A stretch of 64,000 nucleotides of DNA from the NCBI RefSeq assembly GCF_022782405.1, contig NZ_JALFNK010000011.1. The stretch is one strand, 5' to 3'. This DNA is from Alistipes sp. Lineage in GTDB: Bacteria; Bacteroidota; Bacteroidia; Bacteroidales; Rikenellaceae. The notes beneath the pieces were generated by a model. The model searched no databases and was not told the origin of the DNA. It was given only the letters and a program-made list of their open reading frames with translations. Position numbers and translations under genes: made by a program. Shown here in pieces: positions 27,411-40,017 of the stretch (positions are counted from its first letter, which is position 1; the number at the start of each line of letters is the position of its first letter).

Positions 27411-28435
27411 TACTTCGAGTTTTGCTTGTAGTACTTGATCATTTTCGGGATAATCTCGTTCACGTCGCCCGTGATGGCGTAGTCGGCGATCTTGTTGATC
27501 GGCGCATCGGGATCGGAGTTGATCGAGATGACCATCGACGACTGGTCCATGCCGGCCGTATGCTGGATCTGCCCCGAGATACCGCAGGCGATGTAGAGTT
27601 TCGGGCGCACCGTAACGCCGGTCTGCCCCACCTGACGCTCATGCTCCGTGAAGCCCGCATCGACCGCCGCACGGCTTGCGCCGACCTCGGCACCCAGCAC
27701 GTCGGCCAGGTCATGCACCAGCTTGAAGTTCTCCTTCGAGCCCATGCCGTAGCCGCCGGCCACGATGATCGAAGCACCCTTGATGTCGATCTTGCGCTCC
27801 TCGATCTGACGATCGACGATCTTCACCGCCAGGTCCGTATCCTTGACAAACTTCTGCCAGTCGATCGGCTTCACCTCGCCGGCTGCGGCCTGCGGGGCAC
27901 ACTCCTTGCGCATCACGCCCTCACGCACGGTGGCCATCTGCGGACGGTGATCCGGATTGACGATCGTGGCGATGATGTTGCCGCCGAAGGCGGGACGGAT
28001 CTGATACAACAGGTCCTTGTACTCCTTGCCCGTCTTGGCATCCTTGTGGTCGCCGATCTCAAGCTGCGTACAGTCGGCCGTCAGACCGCTGTGCAGCGCC
28101 GACGATACGCGCGGCGCGAAATCGCGGCCCACGGGCGTTGCGCCGAAGAGCGCGATCTGGGGCTTCTCCTGTTCGATCAGCCCGCACATCACGGCCGTAT
28201 GGGGCAGCGTACGGAACGGATCAAAGATCCCGTCATCGGCCACCCACACCGTATCGGCACCGTATTTTGCCAGTTCCTTCTCGATACCCGCGAGATTGCA
28301 GCCCAGGACGACGGCCTCGGTCTTCACACCGAGCCGTGCGGCCAGCTCGCGGCCCTTGGTCAGCAGTTCGAGACTCACGTCGGCGATTTTGCCGCCCTCC
28401 ATCTCGATATATACGAATACGTTGTTCATCTCCAA
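27410..28435 (-). CDS. etfA: Electron transfer flavoprotein alpha
   Basis: GLTADCT, RPAFGGN, GASRAAVD, QVGQTG, GISGQIQH. Confidence 0.95.
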   Translation of the reverse strand: MEMNNVFVYIEMEGGKIADVSLELLTKGRELAARLGVKTEAVVLGCNLAGIEKELAKYGADTVWVADDGIFDPFRTLPHTAVMCGLIEQEKPQIALFGATPVGRDFAPRVSSALHSGLTADCTQLEIGDHKDAKTGKEYKDLLYQIRPAFGGNIIATIVNPDHRPQMATVREGVMRKECAPQAAAGEVKPIDWQKFVKDTDLAVKIVDRQIEERKIDIKGASIIVAGGYGMGSKENFKLVHDLADVLGAEVGASRAAVDAGFTEHERQVGQTGVTVRPKLYIACGISGQIQHTAGMDQSSMVISINSDPDAPINKIADYAITGDVNEIIPKMIKYYKQNSK

Positions 28436-28441
28436 AGTGCA

Positions 28442-29320
28442 TTAACCGAGCGTGTGGCTCGCAATAAGTTCGACCATCAGTGAATTGATATCCTCGTCCG
28501 ATGCCGTGAGGCGCTTGGCCTCCTTGGCCGCGAAGACCACATTCTCGATCTTCTTGACCTTCGTGGGCGAACCCTGCAGGCCGAGCTGTGCGGGATCCGG
28601 ATCGACATCCGCGGGAGCCCACTCGACGATCTGCAGGTAGGGTGTCGCGGCAGCACGCTCCGCTGCGGGCGTTCCGGCCGCTGCGGCGATCTCCGACGTG
28701 GCGAGGGCATACTTGTACTTCATCACGCGCTTGGCGTTGCGCGGGCGGCACTCGGCAGCCGAGGCATTGACCGTGATGACGGCCGGCAGCGGGCACTCGA
28801 CCGTCTCGACACCATGTTCCAGACGGCGTTTGATAACCAGCGAAGCCTCCTTGACCTCAACGATCTCCTCGGCATAGGTAACCTGCGGCAGGCCGAGTTT
28901 CTCGGCCACCTGGGGACCCACCTGCGCCGTATCGCCGTCGATGGCCTGACGTCCGGCGAAGATCACGTCGGGCGAGATCCTGCGCAGGGCGCACGAAAGG
29001 GCGTAGGAGGTCGCCAGCGTATCCGACCCGGCGAACTCGCGGCCCGAAAGCAGGTAGCCGCCGTCGGCGCCGCGGAACATTGCGTCGCGGATGATGTCGG
29101 CGGCACGCTGGGGACCCATCGTCAGGATATGGACCGTCGATCCCTCAACGGCGTCCTTGAGCCGCAGCGCGGCCTCGAGGGCATTGAGGTCCTCGGGATT
29201 GAAGATGGCCGGCAGAGCCGCACGATTGACCGTCCCTTCGGGCGTCATCGCATCCTTGCCCACATTGCGGGTGTCGGGCACCTGCTTGGCCAATACTACG
29301 ATTTTCAATGGTTGTTTCAT
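28442..29320 (-). CDS. etfB: Electron transfer flavoprotein beta
   Basis: KQVPDT, FNPED, GSDTLATS, GRQAIDGDTAQVGPQ. Confidence 0.95.
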   Translation of the reverse strand: MKQPLKIVVLAKQVPDTRNVGKDAMTPEGTVNRAALPAIFNPEDLNALEAALRLKDAVEGSTVHILTMGPQRAADIIRDAMFRGADGGYLLSGREFAGSDTLATSYALSCALRRISPDVIFAGRQAIDGDTAQVGPQVAEKLGLPQVTYAEEIVEVKEASLVIKRRLEHGVETVECPLPAVITVNASAAECRPRNAKRVMKYKYALATSEIAAAAGTPAAERAAATPYLQIVEWAPADVDPDPAQLGLQGSPTKVKKIENVVFAAKEAKRLTASDEDINSLMVELIASHTLG

Positions 29321-29341
29321 GGTTACTATTTAGGTATTGAA

Positions 29342-30607
29342 CTATCTTTCGATCGTCTCTCCGCGGTCAGGACCCACGGAGATGATTTTCACGGGAACGC
29401 CCGTCTCGCGTTCGATGAACTCCACATAGCGGCGGAACGCCTCGGGGAAATCCTCGTAGCGGCGGCACCGGCGCAGGTCGCACTTCCAACCCTCGAAATC
29501 GGTATAGACGGGCTTCACGCCGTCCGTAATCTCGTAGGGGAACTCCGTCGTGCGCTTTCCGTCGATCTCGTAGGCCGTGGCCACGCGGATCGTATCGAAG
29601 TCATTCATCACGTCGGACTTCATCATGATGAGCTGCGTTACACCGTCGATCATGATCGCATACTTGAGGGCCACCAGATCGAGCCATCCGCAGCGGCGCT
29701 TGCGACCGGTAACGGCACCGAATTCGTGTCCGAGCTGACAGAGCCGCTCGCCCGTCTCGTCAAAGAGCTCCGTGGGGAACGGGCCGCTGCCCACGCGCGT
29801 ACAGTATGCCTTGAAGATGCCGTAAACCTCGCCGATGCGATTGGGGGCCACGCCCAGACCGGTGCAGACGCCTGCGCAGACCGTGTTCGAGGAGGTTACG
29901 AAAGGATACGATCCGAAATCGACGTCGAGCAGCGTACCCTGCGCACCCTCGGCAAGGATCGACTTGCCGTCGGCCAGGCAGCCGTTCACGAAATACTCGC
30001 TGTCCACGATGCGGAAGCGCTTGAGGTACTCGACGGCCTCGAACCACTTGGCCTCGAGTTCCGTAATGTCGTAGCTGTAATTCAGGCTGCGAAGGATCTG
30101 TTCGTGGCGGGCCTTGGCCTTCGCGTAGATCGCCCGGAAATCGGGATTCAGCAGGTCGCCCACGCGCATGCCGTTGCGGCTGACCTTGTCCGTATAGGTC
30201 GGACCGATACCCTTGCCCGTAGTGCCGATCTTGGAGCTGCCCTTGGCCGCCTCATAGGCTGCATCGAGCATGCGATGCGTCGGAAGGATCAGATGTGCCT
30301 TCTTCGATATGACGAGTTGCCGGGTCAGATCGTGGCCGCTGGCCGCCAGCGCCTCGGCCTCTTCACGGAACAGGATGGCGTCAAGCACCACGCCGTTGCC
30401 GATGACATTGGTCTTGCCTCCCTGGAAAATACCGGAAGGTATCGAACGCAGGATATATTTCTCACCGCCGAATTCCAACGTATGACCCGCATTGGGACCG
30501 CCCTGGAAACGTGCAACGACTTCATAACGGGGCGTCAGCACATCCACGACCTTTCCCTTGCCCTCGTCCCCCCATTGCAGGCCGAGGATTACATCTACTT
30601 TTTTCAT
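29342..30607 (-). CDS. purA: Adenylosuccinate synthetase
   Basis: QWGDEGKGK, GGPNAGHT, EGAQG, TGRKRRCGW; promoter TACCTTTG at 30658-30651. Confidence 0.98.
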   Translation of the reverse strand: MKKVDVILGLQWGDEGKGKVVDVLTPRYEVVARFQGGPNAGHTLEFGGEKYILRSIPSGIFQGGKTNVIGNGVVLDAILFREEAEALAASGHDLTRQLVISKKAHLILPTHRMLDAAYEAAKGSSKIGTTGKGIGPTYTDKVSRNGMRVGDLLNPDFRAIYAKAKARHEQILRSLNYSYDITELEAKWFEAVEYLKRFRIVDSEYFVNGCLADGKSILAEGAQGTLLDVDFGSYPFVTSSNTVCAGVCTGLGVAPNRIGEVYGIFKAYCTRVGSGPFPTELFDETGERLCQLGHEFGAVTGRKRRCGWLDLVALKYAIMIDGVTQLIMMKSDVMNDFDTIRVATAYEIDGKRTTEFPYEITDGVKPVYTDFEGWKCDLRRCRRYEDFPEAFRRYVEFIERETGVPVKIISVGPDRGETIER

Positions 30608-30713
30608 CGTAACCGGTTAAAAATTTAGCGCAAAAGACATTTTTTGCATCCAAAGGTACGAATTTTTCTTCGAATAGAAACACGCCGGGCGGGTACTTTT
30701 CAACAAATTATGA

Positions 30714-34049
<3,336 letters not shown>

Positions 34050-34067
34050 ATACGAAAACGAAAAACG

Positions 34068-34967
34068 ATGAATACCATGAAACATTCCGCACTGTCCGGC
34101 GTAGGCGCCGCCATGATTACCCCCTTCACACAGGAGGGACGCGTCGATTACCAGGCGCTGGCCCGCATGATCGACTACGTCATCGAGGGCGGCGTCGATT
34201 ACATCGTCGCCCTCGGCACGACGGCCGAGACCCCGACCCTCTACATGCCCGAACGGGCCGTAATCGCCATGTTCATCACCAATCAGATCGCCGGCCGCGT
34301 GCCGCTGGTCATGGGCTGCGGCGGCAACTCCACCTCGGAGGTACTCGACCAGCTGCGCGAATTCGACCTGCGGGGTGCCGATGCCATCCTGAGCGTTACG
34401 CCCTACTACAACAAGCCCTCGCAGGAGGGGCTCTACCAGCATTTCCGCACTGTCTCGGAGCACTCGCCCCTGCCCGTGATCCTCTACAACATCCCGGGAC
34501 GCTCGGGCGTGAACATGACCGCCGAGACGACGCTGCGCATCGCCCGCGACTTCCCGAACGTCATCGGCGTAAAGGAGGCTTCGGGCAACATCGACCAGAT
34601 CCAGCGGATCATCGACGCACGTCCCGACGATTTTCTCGTCCTCTCGGGCGACGACGGCATGACGCTCGAAGTCATGCGCCGCGGCGGCGACGGCGTGATC
34701 TCGGTAGCTGCCAATGCCTTCCCGCAGCGGTTCATGGCGTGCGTGAACCGGGCCAAGCAGGGGGATTTCAAGGGGGCGGAAGAGGCCTATGCCTGTCTGG
34801 ACGAAGCCGTGCAGGCGCTCTTCGAGGAGGGCAATCCCGTAGGCGTGAAGTGTGCCCTCGCGGAGATGGGCAAGATCCTTCCCACGATGCGTCTGCCGCT
34901 GGTCGAAGGTACCGAAAAACTGCATGCGAAGTTCCGCGAGCTGATCCGCAAATACGATTTGCGCTAA
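34068..34967 (+). CDS. dapA: 4-hydroxy-tetrahydrodipicolinate synthase
   Basis: LGTTAE, PYYNKPSQEG, YNIPGRSG, GVKEASG, LSGDD, NPVGVK. Confidence 0.95.
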   Translation: MNTMKHSALSGVGAAMITPFTQEGRVDYQALARMIDYVIEGGVDYIVALGTTAETPTLYMPERAVIAMFITNQIAGRVPLVMGCGGNSTSEVLDQLREFDLRGADAILSVTPYYNKPSQEGLYQHFRTVSEHSPLPVILYNIPGRSGVNMTAETTLRIARDFPNVIGVKEASGNIDQIQRIIDARPDDFLVLSGDDGMTLEVMRRGGDGVISVAANAFPQRFMACVNRAKQGDFKGAEEAYACLDEAVQALFEEGNPVGVKCALAEMGKILPTMRLPLVEGTEKLHAKFRELIRKYDLR

Positions 34968-35004
34968 AATTCCGTTCGTAAGGGAAACATCTATTTACGA
35001 CACG

Positions 35005-35742
35005 ATGAAAAAATTTCTGCTGTTTACGCTGCTGATTCCCGCGCTGGTTGCGGCAAAGGTGCCTGTCGAGGAGGATATCCTCGACAAGATCTCCGATACG
35101 AACTCGCCCTACTACTACACGGAACTCAAAATGCGTTACGATACGGGCGACGAGACGCTGACGGACGAGGACTACCACTACCTCTATTATGGCTATGCCT
35201 ATCAGGAGAGCTACAAGCCGCTCAACACCAACCCCGACCTGGACAAGGTGCTGCTGCTCGCCTCGGGACTCGACCCCGACAACCCCGACGTGAAGACGCT
35301 CGAGTCGCTCATCTCCGCCGGGAACGCCGCCCTGCAGCGCGACCCGTTCAGCCCGAAACTGCTCAATCTGATGTCTTACGCCTACGGCGCCCTGGGCGAC
35401 CGGAAGCAGGAACGCGCCTATGCGAACCGCATGAACGGCGTGGTGCGCACGATCCTCTCCTCGGGAGACGGATTCACGCAAAAGACCCCGCGCCACATCC
35501 TCATGTTCGATCATGCACTCGACGTGCTGACACTCGAAGGATACAGCTACGGCAAGTCGCGGGTCATCAGCCGCACCGTGGAGTTCGTACCGCTTACGGT
35601 ACCCTATGTCGTCGAGGGCAAGAAACGCCGGGGCTTCTATTTCGATTTCAGCCGCATCTACTGGAACAAGCCCGAAGGGTACACCTACAAACGGGACCGC
35701 ACCTGGCAGTTCAACAACCTCAAACCCCGCACCTACAAATGA
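35005..35742 (+). CDS. Exported protein, DUF4919-like
   Basis: Signal peptide; DYHYLYYGY; ILSSGDG; FYFD recalled from this family. Confidence 0.65.
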   Translation: MKKFLLFTLLIPALVAAKVPVEEDILDKISDTNSPYYYTELKMRYDTGDETLTDEDYHYLYYGYAYQESYKPLNTNPDLDKVLLLASGLDPDNPDVKTLESLISAGNAALQRDPFSPKLLNLMSYAYGALGDRKQERAYANRMNGVVRTILSSGDGFTQKTPRHILMFDHALDVLTLEGYSYGKSRVISRTVEFVPLTVPYVVEGKKRRGFYFDFSRIYWNKPEGYTYKRDRTWQFNNLKPRTYK

Positions 35743-36941
35743 TCCGACCGCTCCGTCATGCCTTCATAGGCCTCGTCTGCGCCGTTTTGCTCGCCTCCTG
35801 TTCCAAAGGGAACGAAGGACCGGGATACGTTCCGCCCGAAACGGCCGAACAGACCCATCTGATGTACATGCCCTGGTCGGACAACCTAACCTCCTATTTC
35901 CGCATCAACATCGACGACATGGCGCGTGTCGTTGCAGACGGGATCGACGACGACGTCCGCGTTCTCGTATTCTTCATGGAGAGCGCCACCTCGGGGTCGC
36001 TCTTCGAGATGTACCGCCAAAAGGGGGAATGCGTCCGGCGCACGATCAAGAGCTACACGGCACCCATAGACTTCACCTCGGCGGCCGGAATCGCCTCGAT
36101 CCTCGGCGACGTGAAGGCCGAAGCTCCGGCCCGCCGCTACACGATGAGCATCGGTTCGCACGGTATGGCCTGGCTTCCCGTAGTATCGCAGACCAAAGCC
36201 CCGCAGCGCTCCAACATGCAGCCCCGCAGGGAGTATTGGGAGTACGCCGCACCCGACCGGCCGCTGACCCGCTGGTTCGGGGGTGTGAGCACGGCACACC
36301 GTACGGAGATCCGGACCCTGGCCGAAGCGCTCACGCAGGCCGGGCTGTATATGGACTACATTCTGTTCGACGACTGCTACATGTCGTCGGTCGAGGTGGC
36401 CTACGACCTGCGCCACGTTACGGACTACCTGATCGGCTCGACCTCCGAGATCATGGCCTACGGTTTTCCCTATGCACTGGCCGGGGAGTACATGCTCGGC
36501 GAGGTGGACTACGAGGGGATCTGCAACGCCTTCCACGGCTTTTACAGCACCTACGAATACCCATACGGGACGATCGGCGTAACCTGCTGTGCCGAACTGG
36601 ACGACCTGGCCGACGTCATGCGACGCATCAACAGCGCCTGCACGTTCGACACCTCCCGGGTCGATGAGCTCCAGCGGCTCGACGGCTACTCGCCGGCGCT
36701 CTTCTTCGACATGGGCGACTATGTGCGCCATCTTTGCACGGATACGGCCCTGCTCGATGAATTCGAGCGGCAGCTCGCACGCACCGTACCCTGGCACCGC
36801 CATACGGATTACTACTACTCGATGACCAACGGCAAGAATCCGATCCACACCTTCTCGGGCATCACGACCTCCGATCCGAGCATCGATCCCGAGATCATGA
36901 TCGACCGGCAGCAGACCGCCTGGTACCAGGCCACGCACTGA
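35739..36941 (+). CDS. Clostripain-family (C11) cysteine peptidase lipoprotein
   Basis: Lipobox LASC; SHGMAW (His) and FDDCYM (Cys) dyad; EIMAYGFPY. Confidence 0.88.
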   Translation: MIRPLRHAFIGLVCAVLLASCSKGNEGPGYVPPETAEQTHLMYMPWSDNLTSYFRINIDDMARVVADGIDDDVRVLVFFMESATSGSLFEMYRQKGECVRRTIKSYTAPIDFTSAAGIASILGDVKAEAPARRYTMSIGSHGMAWLPVVSQTKAPQRSNMQPRREYWEYAAPDRPLTRWFGGVSTAHRTEIRTLAEALTQAGLYMDYILFDDCYMSSVEVAYDLRHVTDYLIGSTSEIMAYGFPYALAGEYMLGEVDYEGICNAFHGFYSTYEYPYGTIGVTCCAELDDLADVMRRINSACTFDTSRVDELQRLDGYSPALFFDMGDYVRHLCTDTALLDEFERQLARTVPWHRHTDYYYSMTNGKNPIHTFSGITTSDPSIDPEIMIDRQQTAWYQATH

Positions 36942-36960
36942 CACGGCAGCCCAAGACACG

Positions 36961-36994
36961 AGAGCGGCCCCTCCGACGGAAGGGCCGCTCTTTT
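36961..36994. terminator. Terminator between convergent genes
   Basis: agagcggccc/gggccgctct-ttt. Confidence 0.8.
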
Positions 36995-37015
36995 ATATGC
37001 CACAGTTGCCGCGCG

Positions 37016-38296
37016 CTATTCGTACTGTCCGGATTTCAGCCGTTCGACCTCCTCGCGCGTCAAAAAGCGCCAGGCGCCCCGCTTGAGGTTCTTCTTCGTA
37101 AGACCCGCATAGTAGACGCGGTCGAGCTTGGTTACCGTATATCCCAGCGACTCGAAGATTCGGCGCACGATGCGGTTGCGGCCCGAGTGGATCTCGATGC
37201 CCACCTCCTGCTTGTTATCCTTGACATAGGAGATCTCGTCGGCATAGATCTCACCGTCCTCCAACGTTACACCCTCGGCGATACGGTCCATGTCGGCCCG
37301 CGTCAGCGGCTTGTCGAGCGATACCTGATAGATCTTCTTCTTGCGGTACGAGGGGTGCGTGAGCTGCTTGGTCAGATCGCCGTCGTTGGTGAAAAGCAGC
37401 AGTCCGACACTGTTCTTGTCGAGACGTCCCACGGGATAGATGCGCTCTTCGCAGGCACCCTTAACCAGGTCCATCACCGTCTTCTCGGCATGCGGATCGT
37501 CGAGCGAGGTAACGTATCCCTTGGGTTTGTTCAGCACCAGATAGACCTTCTTCTCGCCCTGCACGCGGCTGTCGTTGAAACGCACTTCGTCGGTCGGGAG
37601 CACCTTCGTGCCCAGTTCCGTAACGATCTTGCCGTTTACCGAGACCACGCCTGCCGTGATGAAGTCATCGGCCTCACGGCGCGAGCAGATACCCGACTGT
37701 GCCAGAAACCGGTTCAGACGGATCGCACCCGTCTGACGGGCGGGATCGTATTTCGGATAGGTGGCCGGGCGGGATTCGTCCCGGCGTACGGATGTTTTGC
37801 CGAAAGGCTTGGTGGTACGCGCCCCGGCGCCGCGTTCCCCATAACCGCTGCGGGATGCGGGTTTTCCGCCGTGGGGTTTCTCTCCGTAGGAGGTGCGCTT
37901 CGCACCATCGGAACGGCCGCCATAGGATCGCGGACCGCTTCCCGTCGCATGCTGCTTGTCCCCGTAGGTACGGTGCGGATGTTCGCCTCCCTTCCGGCTG
38001 CCGAAACCTTCCGACGAACGGGCATGCTGATCGTCATAACGGCCGTAGCGCACACGGTCCTCCGACGTACGCTCCGCATGTTCGAACTTCGGGCGGTTAT
38101 CCGCCGTAAAATGGGGATTGTAGGAGGACCGCTTCGGACGGTACTCTCCGGAACGGGGCTGCTCCGAATCGGCAGCATCACGCTGCGAACGCGGGCGACG
38201 CTCGACACGCTCCGCCGTAGCCTTCACCGTACGGGTACGTTTGTCGCGACCGAAGCGCGCCAGTACGGATGTCGAGTCGTTGTTCTGATCTTTCAT
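37016..38296 (-). CDS. rRNA pseudouridine synthase (RluB/RsuA family) with long disordered N-terminus
   Basis: S4 domain RLNRFLA...CSRREAD; VGRLD catalytic motif; GRNRIVRR; promoter TACCTTTG at 38415-38408. Confidence 0.93.
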   Translation of the reverse strand: MKDQNNDSTSVLARFGRDKRTRTVKATAERVERRPRSQRDAADSEQPRSGEYRPKRSSYNPHFTADNRPKFEHAERTSEDRVRYGRYDDQHARSSEGFGSRKGGEHPHRTYGDKQHATGSGPRSYGGRSDGAKRTSYGEKPHGGKPASRSGYGERGAGARTTKPFGKTSVRRDESRPATYPKYDPARQTGAIRLNRFLAQSGICSRREADDFITAGVVSVNGKIVTELGTKVLPTDEVRFNDSRVQGEKKVYLVLNKPKGYVTSLDDPHAEKTVMDLVKGACEERIYPVGRLDKNSVGLLLFTNDGDLTKQLTHPSYRKKKIYQVSLDKPLTRADMDRIAEGVTLEDGEIYADEISYVKDNKQEVGIEIHSGRNRIVRRIFESLGYTVTKLDRVYYAGLTKKNLKRGAWRFLTREEVERLKSGQYE

Positions 38297-38516
38297 CTTC
38301 TCTATCGATTAATTGAAGCCTCCGGCCGCGGACCGTCTGTTCCCGATGCCGCGGGATCCGCCGCATCGTCGGAACCTCATCCGCCCGAACCGTCGGCTTG
38401 TCGCCGGCAAAGGTAATCCATTTTTCCGGATTGCCGCACATTGCATGCCTCATTTGCAGATAAAAGCGATACAAAGCCGCAATATCGGCTCTTTTGCCTT
38501 ATCTTTGCATCCGCAT

Positions 38517-39848
38517 ATGAACATGAACCGCGAAATACTGCGCATCGCGCTCCCGAACATCGTCTCGAATATCACCGTGCCGCTCATGGGCATCGTCTCA
38601 ACGGCCATCGCCGGACATTGGGGCGACGATTCGGCAGCCGCCATCGGGGCACTGGCCATCGGGGTTTCGATCTTCAACTTCATCTACTGGAACTGCTCGT
38701 TCGTACGCATGGGTACGAGCGGACTTACGGCCCAGGCCTTCGGCGCCGGAAATTTCCGCGAGTGCGCCAACATGCTGGCCCGTGCCCTGGCCGCAGCCGG
38801 CGCCATGGGGCTGCTGATGGTCCTGCTGCAGTATCCCGTCGGCGAGATGGCGCTATGGGCCATGCACGGCAGCGAAATGACCCGCGAATACTTCTACGCC
38901 CGCATCTGGGCCGTACCCGCCGGAATCATGCTCTTCGGATTCAACGGCTGGTACACGGGCATGCAGAACGCCCTGTTTCCGATGTGCACGGCCATCACCG
39001 TAAACATCATCCACACGCTCTGCAGCCTCTGGTTCGCATTCGGCATGGATATGGGCATCGTGGGCATCGCCTACGCCTCGGTCATCGCCCAATGGACCGG
39101 AGTGCTGCTCGCATCGGTGCTGCTTATCGCGAAATACCGCCACATCATCAGGCAGATCGACTGGTCCGAGGTGCTCGACCTGCGCCCGCTGAAGACCTAC
39201 TTCCTCATCAACCGCGACATCATTCTCCGCACGTTCTGCATCGTGGCCGTCTATACCTTTTTCACGGGCTCTTCGGCCCGTCTGGGCAATCAGGAGCTGC
39301 TGGCCGTAAACGCCCTGCTGCTCGAACTCTTCACGATGTTCTCCTACATGAACGATGGCTTCGCCTATGCCGCCGAAGCGCTTACGGGCCGCTTCATCGG
39401 CGCCCGCGACGAAACCTCGCTGCGCCGCTGTCTGAAGGGTTGCCTGACTTGGGGGACGGTCGTATCGGCCGCATTCGTCGTCATCTATATCATCTGGTGG
39501 CGCGATCTGGTCGGGCTCTTCGTCAGCCCCACGGCAACCAACGCCGCCACACTGATCGAAACCGCCGGGCGGTACATCGTCTGGATCATCATCATCCCGA
39601 TCGCCTCGGCCATGCCCTTCATCATGGACGGAATCATGGTCGGAGCCACCGAAACACGCGTCATGCGCAACTCGATGTTCCTGGCAACGGCAGCCTACTT
39701 CGGCATCTATTATGCCCTGCATCCCCTGATCGGGAACAATGCCCTGTGGCTCGCCTTCACGCTCTACATGTTCCTGCGGGGCGTATTGCAGTTCTTCATG
39801 ACAAGGCAGCTGCGTACGATCCGCGCCAAAGCCTCCGTACGGGCCTGA
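38517..39848 (+). CDS. MATE family efflux transporter (DinF-like)
   Basis: ALPNIVSNITVPL, RMGTSGLTAQAFG, two-fold repeat, about 12 TM; TATCTTTG at 38500-38507. Confidence 0.9.
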   Translation: MNMNREILRIALPNIVSNITVPLMGIVSTAIAGHWGDDSAAAIGALAIGVSIFNFIYWNCSFVRMGTSGLTAQAFGAGNFRECANMLARALAAAGAMGLLMVLLQYPVGEMALWAMHGSEMTREYFYARIWAVPAGIMLFGFNGWYTGMQNALFPMCTAITVNIIHTLCSLWFAFGMDMGIVGIAYASVIAQWTGVLLASVLLIAKYRHIIRQIDWSEVLDLRPLKTYFLINRDIILRTFCIVAVYTFFTGSSARLGNQELLAVNALLLELFTMFSYMNDGFAYAAEALTGRFIGARDETSLRRCLKGCLTWGTVVSAAFVVIYIIWWRDLVGLFVSPTATNAATLIETAGRYIVWIIIIPIASAMPFIMDGIMVGATETRVMRNSMFLATAAYFGIYYALHPLIGNNALWLAFTLYMFLRGVLQFFMTRQLRTIRAKASVRA

Positions 39849-39958
39849 CGATCGCAGGTCGTCGCCCCGGGAAGGGGTAAAATCCGGACCGAAATCCGGA
39901 GCCAGCGTCGGATTTCGGAGATGCGCAGTCTATTCCTCCGGCAAAAGAACATACCCTG

Positions 39959-39999
39959 CAAAAAGAGCCCCGGAAGCCAAAGCTTCCGGGGCTCTTTTT
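39959..39999. terminator. Bidirectional terminator
   Basis: caaaaagagccccggaagc/gcttccggggctctttttg. Confidence 0.9.
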
Positions 40000-40017
40000 G
40001 AAATGGATGCAGGGAAA

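Noticed and set aside
37700-38296. Low-complexity R/G/S region of the pseudouridine synthase, and Pro/Glu-rich linkers of FtsK and ParC
   Set aside because: Disordered extensions typical of these families; no discrete tandem repeat unit.
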